DNA from: Dehalococcoidia bacterium
Lineage (GTDB): Bacteria > Chloroflexota > Dehalococcoidia > SM23-28-2 > HRBIN24
DNA length: 64,000 bases
NCBI GenBank assembly: GCA_034435615.1
Contig: DAOTWZ010000042.1
Location: forward strand, 1,936 to 65,935
Direction: 5' to 3'
In this document: positions 47,876-57,664 of the stretch, piece after piece
Layout of the letters: each line of letters opens with the position of its first letter
How positions within the stretch are numbered: the stretch's first letter is position 1
The notes under the pieces: generated by a model
Told to the model about the DNA's origin: nothing
Seen by the model: the letters and a program-made list of their open reading frames with translations, nothing else
Databases searched by the model: none
Translations under genes and position numbers: made by a program

Positions 47876-48916
47876 ATGTGGGGCATCATCGGGCAGGAGC
47901 GGGCGGTGATGGCCCTGGCCGCGGCGGTCAGGCTGGGGCAGACCTCCCACGCCTATCTCTTCGTCGGCCCCAGAGGAGTGGGGAAGCACACCCTGGCCAA
48001 GCGGCTGGCCCAGGCGCTGAACTGCCTGGCTCCGCCGGAGGGCCGGCCCTGCCGGGAGTGTCGCCAGTGCCGACGCATCGAGGAGGGCATCCACGCCGAC
48101 GTCCAGGAGGTGACCGTAGAGGCGGGGCGGCGGGAGGTGCGCATCGGCCAGGTCAGGGAGCTGGAGCGGGCCCTCGCCCTGAAGCCCTACGAGAGCCGCG
48201 TGCGGGTGGCCATCATCGACCCGGCCGATGCCATGAATCAGGAGGCGCAGAACGCCTTCCTGAAGACGCTGGAGGAGCCGCCGCCGGACGTGGTGCTGGC
48301 CCTGGTGACGGCCCGGGAGGAGGCGCTCCTCCCCACCATCCGCTCCCGCTGTCAGCGGCTGGCCCTGGGCCGCGTCCCCCTCTCCGCCCTGGTCGAGGCG
48401 CTGACGGAGCTAGGAGTCCCCCCGGAGACGGCCCGCTACCTGGCCCGCCTCGCCCAGGGGCGTCCGGGCGTCGCCATCGCCCTGGCCCGGGACGAGGCCC
48501 TGCGGGAGCGCTGGGAGCGGGAGCTGGAGCGGGCGGCCAGCCTGCCGGGCCTGGACTTGCGGGAGCGGCTGGCGCTGGCGGAGGAGCTGGCCCAGTCCTA
48601 CTCCCTGCGCCAGGGGCCGGCCGGGGAGGAGAACGGCCAGGGGAGTAGCCCGGGAGCGGACGAGGTCTCGCTGGCCCTGGAGATGTGGCAGGCCTGGTGG
48701 CGGGACGTGCTGCTGGTCCAGCAGGGGGCGCCGGAGGCTGTCCTCCACAGCCACCGCCGCCAGGAGCTGGAGAGGCTGGCGCGGTCGGTGCCGCCGGAGG
48801 AGGTGGTGCGCTTCCTCTCCGCCCTGGGGACGACCCGTCGCTACCTGGAGGAGAACGTCAACGCCCGGCTGGCCCTGGAGGTGCTCCTCCTGGAGGCGCC
48901 GGGAGAGCCCCGCTGA
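47876..48916 (+). CDS. holB: DNA polymerase III delta-prime subunit
   Basis: HAYLFVGPRGVGK, PCRECRQC, AQNAFLKTLEEPP, LPTIRSRC. Confidence 0.92.
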   Translation: MWGIIGQERAVMALAAAVRLGQTSHAYLFVGPRGVGKHTLAKRLAQALNCLAPPEGRPCRECRQCRRIEEGIHADVQEVTVEAGRREVRIGQVRELERALALKPYESRVRVAIIDPADAMNQEAQNAFLKTLEEPPPDVVLALVTAREEALLPTIRSRCQRLALGRVPLSALVEALTELGVPPETARYLARLAQGRPGVAIALARDEALRERWERELERAASLPGLDLRERLALAEELAQSYSLRQGPAGEENGQGSSPGADEVSLALEMWQAWWRDVLLVQQGAPEAVLHSHRRQELERLARSVPPEEVVRFLSALGTTRRYLEENVNARLALEVLLLEAPGEPR

Positions 48917-48982
48917 GACCGGCCCGCGCCCCCGGCCAGGCCGGCGCCAGGCCCAGACGGAGGCAGGGGGCCAGTGAGCCCA

Positions 48983-49086
48983 TTGTCAATAGCCCCCCTG
49001 CATGCTAACCTGAGGGGGTCAGACGAATACGAGACCGAGATGGCCACCGTCAGCCGCGTCGGGACGCGGGGGGCGGGGGCCATCGG
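48983..49086 (+). promoter_or_regulatory. speD promoter and structured 5' leader
   Basis: TTGTCA, 17 bp, TG-n-TAACCT; leader helices GATGGCC/GGCCATC and CCGCGT/ACGCGG. Confidence 0.6.
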
Positions 49087-49103
49087 AGTGTAAGGGGGGG
49101 CAG

Positions 49104-49502
49104 ATGCACCTGGTGGTGGACGGCTACGGGGGCGACCCTCAGGCCCTGGCGGACCAGAGCCTGGTGCGGGAGCTGCTGGACGAGTACCCAGAGCGGCTGG
49201 GCATGACCAAGATCAGCCAGCCGGTGGTCGTTCGCTATGTGGGGCCCAAGCCCCAGGACTGGGGCATCTCCGGCTTCGTCATGATCGCCGAAAGCCACAT
49301 CGCCGTCCACACCTTCCCGGAGCGGGGCATGGTGTGGATGGACATCTTCTCCTGCCGCGGCTTCGACGAGGCGCCCATTCTGGAAGACCTGAGGGAGCGC
49401 TTCGGCCTGACGGAGCTGCGCCTGCAGCGGCTGGAGCGGGGCCTGGAGTACCTGGAGACGGCGGAGGCCGGCCCCCCTCAGCGGCAGACGATGTCCGGAT
49501 AG
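49104..49502 (+). CDS. speD: S-adenosylmethionine decarboxylase proenzyme
   Basis: GISGFVMIAESHIAVHTFPE (E/SH self-cleavage site), DIFSC. Confidence 0.9.
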   Translation: MHLVVDGYGGDPQALADQSLVRELLDEYPERLGMTKISQPVVVRYVGPKPQDWGISGFVMIAESHIAVHTFPERGMVWMDIFSCRGFDEAPILEDLRERFGLTELRLQRLERGLEYLETAEAGPPQRQTMSG

Positions 49503-50326
49503 GCCCGCAGCCGCTCCTCCACCTGGGAGCGAGAGGGGGCGCCGTCCACCCCCTCTTTTTCTATGACCAGGGAGGCGGCGGCAGCGGCGAAGCGGGCCGC
49601 CGCCCAGGCGTCGGCGCTCTCGTAGAAGCGCACCAGGAAGGCGACGGCGAAGACGTCCCCCGCCCCCGTGGGGTCCACCACCCGGGCAGGGAAGGCGTCT
49701 ATGTGACGCCACTCCCCGCGGTGGCAGACCTCAGCTCCCCTCTCCCCCCGCGTGAAGGCGACGATGGGGACGCGCTCTGCCCACCGCTCCAGGACGGATG
49801 GGGCCTGGGCCGGGTCCAGGTCTTCGTCCGAGAGGAAGAGGGCATCGGCGCGGTCCAGGACGGCGTCGGCCCCCCAGCGGTCGGGGGGGAGAGGGCGCAC
49901 CAGCCCCCTCTCGTCCACCTGACGGAGCCACCCCTGGAGGCAGGCGCCCAGGAGGGAGCGGGGGAAGAGGGTGGCCAGGGCAGGATCCACGTCCCCGGCC
50001 ACGGGCCCCAGGAGCACCATCTCCGCCTCCCGCAGGTGGTCGGGCACGTCCGGGGGGCCGATGGCGGGCGCCCGGGCCAGCACCTGCTGGCGACGATGGC
50101 CGCTGGCGTCGTACTCGTTGCGGAACCGGGTGGTGACGGGGCTGGGGACGCGGTGGAGGGTCAGGCCGGGCAGGGTGGGCATCTCTATGGCCGCCGCCGT
50201 CAGGACGATGGTCTCCACTCCGAGACGGGCGGCGGTGAGGCCAGCGTAGGCGGCAGTGCCCCCCAGTCGCCAGCCACCGGGCACCAGGTCCTGGGCCAGA
50301 TGGCCCACTACCAGGAGGCGGGGCAT
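49478..50326 (-). CDS. PfkB family carbohydrate kinase
   Basis: GGTAAYA, TRGERGA, DPTGAGDVF. Confidence 0.88.
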   Translation of the reverse strand: MPRLLVVGHLAQDLVPGGWRLGGTAAYAGLTAARLGVETIVLTAAAIEMPTLPGLTLHRVPSPVTTRFRNEYDASGHRRQQVLARAPAIGPPDVPDHLREAEMVLLGPVAGDVDPALATLFPRSLLGACLQGWLRQVDERGLVRPLPPDRWGADAVLDRADALFLSDEDLDPAQAPSVLERWAERVPIVAFTRGERGAEVCHRGEWRHIDAFPARVVDPTGAGDVFAVAFLVRFYESADAWAAARFAAAAASLVIEKEGVDGAPSRSQVEERLRAYPDIVCR

Positions 50327-50331
50327 CCCCC

Positions 50332-51075
50332 TCAGATACGACGGCCCTGGTTGCGGTTGCGCCGCCGGGGCGAGATCATCACCTTGCGGGCCTCGCCGTT
50401 GCCGATGCTGGAGGTGACGACGTCGGGGTCGTTCACCAGGGCCAGGTGGACGATGCGGCGCTCGGCGGCCGGCATCGGCTCCAGGGTGACGGGGCGACCG
50501 GTCTGCTTGACTCGCTGGGCCATGCGCTGGGCCAGCCCCCGCAGGGCCTCCTCCCGCCGCCGCTTGTAGCCCTCCACGTCCACGGAGACGACGACCTTGC
50601 TCTGGAACTGGCGGTTGATCATGACGTTCACCAGATACTGGAGGGCGGCGAGGGTGGCCCCCCGGCGGCCGATGAGGATGCCCAGGTCTTCCCCCGTGAC
50701 GTCCAAGACGGCGCTGGCGCGGCCGGCGCCGTCGCCCGGGGTCTGGGGGGCGCGCACGGAGACCTGGACGCTGAGGCCCATGAGGCGCAGCATCTCCTTC
50801 AGGTACTCGGCGGCACGGGCCACCTCCGGGGCGTCCGTCCCCTTGACGATGACGGTCCCCTCTTCCTCCTCTTCCACCTCCACGTCCATGACGGGCGAGG
50901 GCTCCAGGGGGACGACCCGCACCCGCGCCTCCTCGCCGCCCAGGCCGAACAGGCCGGGCCGACCGGCGCTGAGTATCTCTACGCTCACCTGCTCTCGGGT
51001 AAGGCCCAGACTGCGCAGGGCCTTTTCGATGGCCTCTTCGACGGTCCTACCGCTTGCCTCGACGCCTTCGCGCAT
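50332..51075 (-). CDS. jag: Jag/EloR/KhpB RNA-binding protein
   Basis: GRTVEEAIEKAL Jag domain, LIGRRGATLAALQ KH domain, ERRIVH R3H domain. Confidence 0.93.
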   Translation of the reverse strand: MREGVEASGRTVEEAIEKALRSLGLTREQVSVEILSAGRPGLFGLGGEEARVRVVPLEPSPVMDVEVEEEEEGTVIVKGTDAPEVARAAEYLKEMLRLMGLSVQVSVRAPQTPGDGAGRASAVLDVTGEDLGILIGRRGATLAALQYLVNVMINRQFQSKVVVSVDVEGYKRRREEALRGLAQRMAQRVKQTGRPVTLEPMPAAERRIVHLALVNDPDVVTSSIGNGEARKVMISPRRRNRNQGRRI

Positions 51076-52021
51076 GGCTCTCCCTCTTGCGTGGCGGTGA
51101 TGTCCTGACGTCCTCCTGAGGCGCCTCTCTGGACGCCGTCGGCTTGGGCGGCGTCGCTGCCGGGGTAGGCATCGGCAGCAACACCTGACGCCAGTTTATA
51201 CCACGAGCGCCGTAAACGAAGTAGCTTATGAATACTGAGATGACATTGCTCACCAACCAGTAGAGGCCAAGGCCGCTGGGCACCAACAGGGTGAACCAGA
51301 CGAACATCAGGGGCATCATCCAGGTGAGCATCTGGTTCATCTGCTGCTGTTCGCGGCTGGTGACCGTGGTGGGGGCGGTGCTCACCCGCTGCTGCAGGTA
51401 GGTGGTGACGCCCACCAATATGGGCAGAATGAAGGTGGCGTCCGGCTGGCCCAGGTGCAGCCACAGAAACCGCTGCTCCAGGGGCAGGGAATCGTAGAGG
51501 TACCGCCAGGGATAGAGCCGCTGGGAGAGGCCGACGATGGCCTCCGGCACGTCCCGCACCATGAGGTTGAGAGCGTGGTAGAGGGCGATCCATACCGGAA
51601 ACTGTACCAACATGGGGAGCAGGCAGCCCAGAGGGTTAACCCCAGCCTCGCGGTAGAGCTTGAGGGTCTCTTCCTGCCGCCGTTTGGGGTCTTTGTATTT
51701 CCTCTGGATCTCCTGCAGGCGAGGCTGCAGGGCGGTCATGGCCCGGGTGGACTGGAACTGGCGTATGGTGAGGGGGAGGGTGACCAGCCTCATGAAGACG
51801 GTGAAGACGATGATGGCCACCCCGAAGGCCCCCAGGAAGGCGTTGTTGAAGAGGATGAGCAGGTTTATCAGGGGGTTGACGAAGAAGGCGTCCCAGGGGT
51901 TGTAGCCCAGGGAGCCGGCGATGAATATCGCCCCGGTGATGAGGGCCATGAGGATGACGGGCAGGCGCTGGCCCAGGGTGGGACGCAGGCCCCCGGCGGA
52001 AGGCTCTCTCTGAGCGCTCAT
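51047..52021 (-). CDS. yidC: Short YidC/Oxa1 membrane insertase
   Basis: IIVFTVFMRLVTLPL, LQPRLQEIQRKYK, NPLGCLLPMLVQFP, PSGLGLYW. Confidence 0.93.
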   Translation of the reverse strand: MSAQREPSAGGLRPTLGQRLPVILMALITGAIFIAGSLGYNPWDAFFVNPLINLLILFNNAFLGAFGVAIIVFTVFMRLVTLPLTIRQFQSTRAMTALQPRLQEIQRKYKDPKRRQEETLKLYREAGVNPLGCLLPMLVQFPVWIALYHALNLMVRDVPEAIVGLSQRLYPWRYLYDSLPLEQRFLWLHLGQPDATFILPILVGVTTYLQQRVSTAPTTVTSREQQQMNQMLTWMMPLMFVWFTLLVPSGLGLYWLVSNVISVFISYFVYGARGINWRQVLLPMPTPAATPPKPTASREAPQEDVRTSPPRKRESHARRRRGKR

Positions 52022-53187
52022 GATGGCTGCACCACGCGGCTGAGAGCGCCGCTGGCCGGGTCCAGCCGGTAGAGGCCGCCGGGCTGGGTGTTGACGAGGG
52101 CCGCGCCATCGATAGGGGCGGGGGAGGCGAGGACGGTGGCCCCTATCTCCACCGGCCCCCATCTGGGAGAGCCAGAGGCGGGGTCCAGGCCGTAGGCCTG
52201 GCCGTCCCGGTTGATGGCGATCAGGACGCCCGGGCCGCTGGCCAGGAGCGGTCGGGCGCGCACTGGCTGCTGGACGTCCTGGGTCCAGAGGAGCTGTCCA
52301 TCCGTCAGCCGCAGGGCATAGAGGCGGCCGTCCAGGTTGGCGGCGTAGACGGTGCCCCCGGCCACCACGGGGGCGGCCCAGAACCAGTTGTCGGCGCGGA
52401 AGGGCTCGGCCCAGGCGGGAGCGCGCGTCCTCACATCAATAGCGTAAAGCCTGCGGTCGAATCCGCCAACCAAGAGGAGGCCATCGGCCAGGACGGGGTC
52501 GGAGATGAGGCCCCCTCTGGCCTCGTAACGCCAGAGCTCCCGCCCCGTGGCCAGGTCCACGGCGTAGAGGTGGCGGTCCAGGGAGACGATGTAGGCCACG
52601 CCCTGGTCGATGAGGGGCCGTGCCCAGACGCCCTTGCCGGTCTGGAAGGGCCAGCCCGGCCTGGGGCGACCGGTGGCCGGGTCCAGGCCGTAGACGCGGC
52701 CATCGTCCGAGGGGACGAGGAGGATGCCGGCCGTCTCGTCCAGGGCCAGGCCGCCGATGATGGGGCCGCCGGTATCGAAGGTCCAGAGGCAATCGCCTGT
52801 CTGGCGGTCCAGGGCGTAGACGCGGCTGTCATAGGCGCCCAGGTAGACGGTGCTGGCGGTGACCACGGGGGCGCCGTATATGGCCTGGAGGCGCAGGTCG
52901 CCCACCTCCTCGCCCGTCTCGGCGTCCGGGCAGCGGCTGTCGGACTCGGGGAAGCGCCAGAGCTGTCGCCAGCTTCCGGCCTCCAGAGCACTGAGGCGTC
53001 CCGCCTCCAGGCTGACGATGACCTGCTGCTGGGCGGGCACCGGGGGCGCCCAGCCCACGGGGCTGGCCACCTGGGCGCAGCCGCTGGCTACTGCCCCCAG
53101 GGCGATGGCAGCCAGGGCCGCCAGGACGCCCGTGCGGCGGCCGGCGCGCGGTCCTCTTCGGTGGCTAGGGGACAGGGTCGTATCCAC
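52018..53187 (-). CDS. PQQ-like beta-propeller lipoprotein (BamB-like)
   Basis: Lipobox VASGC; repeated YA(L/V/I)D...W blades; start uncertain (GTG 53187). Confidence 0.85.
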   Translation of the reverse strand: MDTTLSPSHRRGPRAGRRTGVLAALAAIALGAVASGCAQVASPVGWAPPVPAQQQVIVSLEAGRLSALEAGSWRQLWRFPESDSRCPDAETGEEVGDLRLQAIYGAPVVTASTVYLGAYDSRVYALDRQTGDCLWTFDTGGPIIGGLALDETAGILLVPSDDGRVYGLDPATGRPRPGWPFQTGKGVWARPLIDQGVAYIVSLDRHLYAVDLATGRELWRYEARGGLISDPVLADGLLLVGGFDRRLYAIDVRTRAPAWAEPFRADNWFWAAPVVAGGTVYAANLDGRLYALRLTDGQLLWTQDVQQPVRARPLLASGPGVLIAINRDGQAYGLDPASGSPRWGPVEIGATVLASPAPIDGAALVNTQPGGLYRLDPASGALSRVVQPS

Positions 53188-53374
53188 CGGGGTGCCAGGG
53201 ATGACAGCGGAGGAGCCGCCAGAGCGTGAGAAGCCCTCCCTTAAGGACACCGTGCCGCTCCACCGCCTCCCGGCCGTACTGGGAGCAGGTGGGCAAGAAG
53301 CGGCAGGAGGGGGGCCTCAGGGGGGAGACCCACCGCTGGTAGAAGGTGATACCCGTCAGGACTATCCGTTTCAT
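53165..53374 (-). CDS. yidD: Membrane protein insertion efficiency factor
   Basis: [34 protein letters not shown]. Confidence 0.95.
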   Translation of the reverse strand: MKRIVLTGITFYQRWVSPLRPPSCRFLPTCSQYGREAVERHGVLKGGLLTLWRLLRCHPWHPGGYDPVP

Positions 53375-53715
53375 CGTTCGCTGCCCGCCTCACCCGGAGG
53401 CGGGGCTACCCCCGCCCTCGAGAGGAGGCGCAGGGCCGAGCGCTTCAGGGTGTGGTAATCGGCAGCGGCGGCGGCCGGGCGGGCGATGACGACTATGTCC
53501 CAGCCGGGGCGCAACTCCAGAAGGCGTATCCCCTCCCGCAGACGACGCTTCACCTTGTTGCGCACCACAGCCTTGCCGACCCGCTTGCCAGCGACGAAGC
53601 CGAACCGGTTGTAGGGCAGGCCGTTGGGCAGGACTCGTACCACCAGAAGGTCATCGCTGTAGGCGCGGCCCCGTCGGAAGACCTCATCGAAGGCGCGGCG
53701 TCCGCGGAGCCGCAT
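53371..53715 (-). CDS. rnpA: Ribonuclease P protein component
   Basis: [25 protein letters not shown]. Confidence 0.93.
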   Translation of the reverse strand: MRLRGRRAFDEVFRRGRAYSDDLLVVRVLPNGLPYNRFGFVAGKRVGKAVVRNKVKRRLREGIRLLELRPGWDIVVIARPAAAAADYHTLKRSALRLLSRAGVAPPPGEAGSER

Positions 53716-53734
53716 CAGCCCGGCCACGGCCCCC

Positions 53735-53872
53735 TCAGACGGCGAGCCGCCACCTCCCCTTGAGGCGTCGCCGCTTGAGGACGGCCCGTCCGCCCCTGGT
53801 CCGGTTGCGGGCCAGGAAGCCATGCCGCCGCTGGCGACGCCGGTTCTTGGGCTGATAGGTACGCTTGGGCAA
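53735..53872 (-). CDS. rpmH: 50S ribosomal protein L34 (absent from the ORF track)
   Basis: Hand translation from TTG: [45 protein letters not shown]; SD AAGGAGG. Confidence 0.95.
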   Translation of the reverse strand: MPKRTYQPKNRRRQRRHGFLARNRTRGGRAVLKRRRLKGRWRLAV

Positions 53873-53922
53873 GAGTGCCTCCTTACGCCACCAGGAACGT
53901 CCCTACAGGCGAGGCATGGCCC

Positions 53923-53991
53923 ATTATAAGTCCCGCTGTCGGGAGGGTCAAACCGGCCCTCGTTGACAGCCCCCGTAGCCAGTGTTACCCT
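53923..53991. promoter_or_regulatory. Divergent sigma70 promoters
   Basis: Minus strand TTGACC, 17 bp, TATAAT (53951-53923); plus strand TTGACA, 17 bp, TG-n-TACCCT (53963-91). Confidence 0.8.
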
Positions 53992-54027
53992 GTAGCCGGA
54001 CCGCCCGGCCCCCGGGGTGAGCCTCCC

Positions 54028-54510
54028 ATGGACGTCATCCGCTGCACCGTAATAGACGAGAAGGGGGCCGTCAGCTTCATCGCCCACGCCGATGTCCTGC
54101 CAGCCCTGGTGGCCGCCTGCGCCAACAACCCCTCCTCTGTGGAGGAGCTCCTGGACGGGGCGGAGAACTACTACCGCAACCTCAAGGACTACGTTCTCTC
54201 CGGCCTGGCCGTCTTCGACGAGCAGAACACGCCGGAGAGCCGCGAGGCCATCCGGGCCGCCCTGCGCAGCCTGCCCCCCCACCAGCAGCCCGTCTTCCGG
54301 GTAGTGGACGAGGACACGCAGGAGGCTAGCCTGCGGCCGGTGAAGGCGGGCGCGGTGGTTTTCAACCTGCGGGCCAAGCGCATCATCCAGATCGTCAACA
54401 CCTACCGGGAGATAAAGCGCTCCGGCTACGCACGGGTCTTCGACGGCGAGGGCTTCACGCGGCGGGTCTTCCGCTACCGCCTCCCCGAGGAATGGGCGCT
54501 GGTGCCCTAG
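54028..54510 (+). CDS. Hypothetical globular protein
   Basis: 160 aa, host-like codons, own promoter. Confidence 0.75.
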   Translation: MDVIRCTVIDEKGAVSFIAHADVLPALVAACANNPSSVEELLDGAENYYRNLKDYVLSGLAVFDEQNTPESREAIRAALRSLPPHQQPVFRVVDEDTQEASLRPVKAGAVVFNLRAKRIIQIVNTYREIKRSGYARVFDGEGFTRRVFRYRLPEEWALVP

Positions 54511-54632
54511 GGGAGGCCGCCCGACGGCTGTCGGGCAGGAAGCGCCGCGAGGGCGAAGGGCCTCTCTCCTCACGGCCACGAAAGGAACCTCGCGCCTACC
54601 GGAGGCGTTAACTCTAGGGTAGAGGTGAGTCA

Positions 54633-55850
54633 GTGGCTTACGAGTCGGAAGCCCTTCCCTGGCCGGGACGTCCCCTGTGGGCGGAGATAGACCTGGACGC
54701 TCTCGCCAGCAACGTCCAGGCCCTGAAGCGACGGGTGCAGGGGGCCCAGCTCCTGGCGGTGGTGAAGGCCAACGCCTACGGCCACGGCGCCGTTGGGGTG
54801 GCCCGGGCCGCTCTGCAGGCGGGGGCCGATGGCCTGGCCGTCATCTGCCTGGAGGAGGCGGAGGAGCTGCGCCGGGCTGGTGTGGAGGCCCCCATCCTGG
54901 TGATGGGAGCCAGTCACCCCGGGCAGGCGCGCCGGCTGGTGGAGCTGAGGGTGACCCCCACCGTGGCCGACCGTGAGATGGCGCTGGCCCTGGCCCGGGC
55001 CGCCCACGAGGTGGGAACGGTGCAGCCCGTCCACATCAAGGTGGACACGGGGCTGAACCGCTACGGCCTGCGACCGCAGGAGGCCATCGCCCTGGCGGAG
55101 TCCCTGCGGGAGGTGGGCGCTCTGAAGGTGGAGGGGCTCTTCACCCACTTCGCCAGCGCTGAGGAGGGGGACAAGACCTTCACCCTAGCACAGTACCGCG
55201 CCTTCCTGACGGTGGCCCGGCGGCTGGACTGGGTGCCGGTGCGCCACGTCTCCAACACGGCCACCATTCTGGACATGCCCGAGATGAGCCTGGAGATGGT
55301 GCGGCCGGGCATCGGCCTCTACGGGTATTCGCCGCGAGGCATCGGCGACAGCGCCGGGCTGCGGCCGGTGCTGAGCCTCAAGAGCCGCCTCCTCCGCCTG
55401 ACCCGTCTCAAGCCCGGCGAATCGGTGAGCTACGGTCGCACCTGGCGGGCGCAACGGCCCAGCACCATCGGCCTGGTGGCCTGTGGCTACGCCGACGGCC
55501 TGCCGCGTCTCCTGTCCAATCGGGGCTGGGTGCTGGTGCGAGGGCGACGGGTGCCCATCGTCGGACGTATCTGCATGGACATGTGCATGGTGGACGTCAC
55601 CGAGGTCCCTGGTGTACAGATAGGAGATGAAGTAGTGATCATTGGGAAACAGGGGATGGAGCAGATAACAGCAGACGAGATCGCCGAGGCGTGCGGCACC
55701 ATCAGCTATGAGATCCTGTGCGGCATCGGCCTGCGCGTCCCCCGCATCTTCCTTCGTCAGGGCCAGGTGGTAGAGGTGGAGGCGCGGCTGGGAGCGTCCC
55801 CAGCGGGGACGCCCGTACCGGGCGGCGTGGGGAGCCTCTCCCAGACATGA
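54633..55850 (+). CDS. alr: Alanine racemase
   Basis: AVVKANAYGHG, VDTGLNRYG, CGYADGL, VGRICMD. Confidence 0.96.
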   Translation: MAYESEALPWPGRPLWAEIDLDALASNVQALKRRVQGAQLLAVVKANAYGHGAVGVARAALQAGADGLAVICLEEAEELRRAGVEAPILVMGASHPGQARRLVELRVTPTVADREMALALARAAHEVGTVQPVHIKVDTGLNRYGLRPQEAIALAESLREVGALKVEGLFTHFASAEEGDKTFTLAQYRAFLTVARRLDWVPVRHVSNTATILDMPEMSLEMVRPGIGLYGYSPRGIGDSAGLRPVLSLKSRLLRLTRLKPGESVSYGRTWRAQRPSTIGLVACGYADGLPRLLSNRGWVLVRGRRVPIVGRICMDMCMVDVTEVPGVQIGDEVVIIGKQGMEQITADEIAEACGTISYEILCGIGLRVPRIFLRQGQVVEVEARLGASPAGTPVPGGVGSLSQT

Positions 55851-57235
55851 GCACGTCAGCGCCGCGCCGACCAGCCAGCAGGAACAGCGCCGGGGAGGGC
55901 AGCCGTTACAGCCCTCTGGTGGTCTTCGGCATCGCCCTCTTCGCCATGCTGACCTTCTACGGGGTGCTGGCCGTGGCCTCCCGCCTGGACGACTACTTCC
56001 TCCCCGGCAATCAGCTCAAGCTGGGGCCGCTGGGCATGCTGCCGGGGGTGGACGCCGGCGACGAGCCGGAGGCGGCCACCATCGAACAGCGCATCAACGT
56101 CCTCCTGCTGGGGCTGGACCGCCGGCCCGATGACCCGCCCAACGCTGCCACCCGCACCGACACGGTGGCCATAGTCTCCATCGACCCCTACAGCAACACG
56201 GCGGGGGTGCTGAGCATACCCCGCGACCTCTGGGTGGAGATACCGGACGGACGCGGCGGCTTCTTCCCTCAGCGCATCAACGTGGCCTACGAGTTCGGCG
56301 AGGCCGGGGTGGTGAACTACCCGGGCGGGGGCATCGCCCTCATCAAGGACACCATCAAACACAACTTCGGCATCAACATAGACCACTATGTGATTCTGGA
56401 CTTTCAGAACTTCGTGGAGATCGTGGACACCCTGGGCGGCATAGAGGTGGATGTGCCGGAGTACGTGTACGACCCGGCCTACAACGATTGCAACCGCTGT
56501 CCCTATCAGTTCGTGGAGTTCGAGCCGGGCCCCCAGCAAATGGACGGCTGGCACGCCCTGGCCTACGCCCGCATCCGTTACGGCTCCGACGACCTGCGCC
56601 GCATCGAGCGGCAGCAACAGGTGATGCTGGCCATCTTCCAGAAGGCGACGAGCCTGGGCATCCTCACCAACCCCAGCCGCGTCAAGTCCCTGTACGACCA
56701 GTTCAACAACTCGGTGAAGACGGACGTGAGCGCCGCCCGGGCGCTGGGGCTGGCCCTGAAGGCGAGGGAGATCCCTCTGGAGCGGGTGCGCATGCTCTCT
56801 CTGAGGGACGCCGTCTACAGCTTCGTCACCGACGACGGCGCCTCGGTGTTGGGCTGGGACGAGGAGAAGGTGCAGCAGATAGTGGCTCGCCTCTTCCTGG
56901 ACGGCCAGGTGGAGGCGGAGGCGGCCCGCATCGAGGTGCAGAACGGGGCGGGCATACCGGGTCTGGCCACCCAGGTGTCAGGGCTGCTGATGGGGAAGGG
57001 GCTGCCCGAGGACTGGGTCTCCACGGCCCTCAGCCCCAACAGCGGCGTGGCGCGGACGGTCATCTACAACCTGGGAGGCAAGCAGTATACGGCCCGCAAG
57101 CTGGCGGAATGGCTCGGCCTCCCCGGCGACCGTGTGGTGAGCGACCCCGCGCAGGCGCCAGCGCCGGTGAACGGTCCGGCCGACATCATCGTCCTGCTGG
57201 GGACGGACGCCCGCACCCTGGCCAGCGGCGGCTAG
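55847..57235 (+). CDS. LCP family protein with C-terminal LytR domain
   Basis: TM helix, NVLLLGLD, RTDT, SIPRDL, LAYARIR, RIERQQ, IEVQNG. Confidence 0.92.
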   Translation: MSTSAPRRPASRNSAGEGSRYSPLVVFGIALFAMLTFYGVLAVASRLDDYFLPGNQLKLGPLGMLPGVDAGDEPEAATIEQRINVLLLGLDRRPDDPPNAATRTDTVAIVSIDPYSNTAGVLSIPRDLWVEIPDGRGGFFPQRINVAYEFGEAGVVNYPGGGIALIKDTIKHNFGINIDHYVILDFQNFVEIVDTLGGIEVDVPEYVYDPAYNDCNRCPYQFVEFEPGPQQMDGWHALAYARIRYGSDDLRRIERQQQVMLAIFQKATSLGILTNPSRVKSLYDQFNNSVKTDVSAARALGLALKAREIPLERVRMLSLRDAVYSFVTDDGASVLGWDEEKVQQIVARLFLDGQVEAEAARIEVQNGAGIPGLATQVSGLLMGKGLPEDWVSTALSPNSGVARTVIYNLGGKQYTARKLAEWLGLPGDRVVSDPAQAPAPVNGPADIIVLLGTDARTLASGG

Positions 57236-57245
57236 ACGGAACCCC

Positions 57246-57584
57246 CTAGCCGAACCAGTCCTGCAGCCGCATCAGGACGTTCAGGTCGCCGCTGAAGGTG
57301 AGCTGGCCGCTCATGAAGGCCGAGGCGCCGTCCATCTCTCGCCGCACGATCTTCAGCCAGACCTCGGAAGGGGTATAGATGGTGACCTGGGGATTGTCCG
57401 CCGTCCCTTCCTGGACACGGCACTGGCCCTGGTCTATGGTGACAGTCCAGTTGCCGGGCTCGGCCCCCGTGAAGTTGAACTGGATGACGGCGGTCACCCC
57501 CTGCGCACGCTCGGCATGGAAGGCCTCCGGCATACGCTCCATAGCCTCACGGACGGAGGTGGGAAGAGGCCGTTCCTGGGCCAT
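57246..57584 (-). CDS. SCP2 sterol/lipid-binding domain protein
   Basis: AVIQFNFTG, AFMSGQLTFSGD. Confidence 0.88.
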   Translation of the reverse strand: MAQERPLPTSVREAMERMPEAFHAERAQGVTAVIQFNFTGAEPGNWTVTIDQGQCRVQEGTADNPQVTIYTPSEVWLKIVRREMDGASAFMSGQLTFSGDLNVLMRLQDWFG

Positions 57585-57664
57585 GACGTCCCTCCGTAGC
57601 TTAGCGGTTGCTCGTCTAGGATGCGCTTAGAATAGCACCCGGCGGGCGCCCCCGTCCATATGCC

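Noticed and set aside
53875-54027. oriC next to rpmH
   Set aside because: No dnaA gene and no TTATCCACA-like boxes
53716-54579. 402-aa ORF as a long RnpA fusion, and similar long N-terminal extensions or antisense ORFs in the track
   Set aside because: GC-rich shadow frames overlapping rpmH and other well-supported genes
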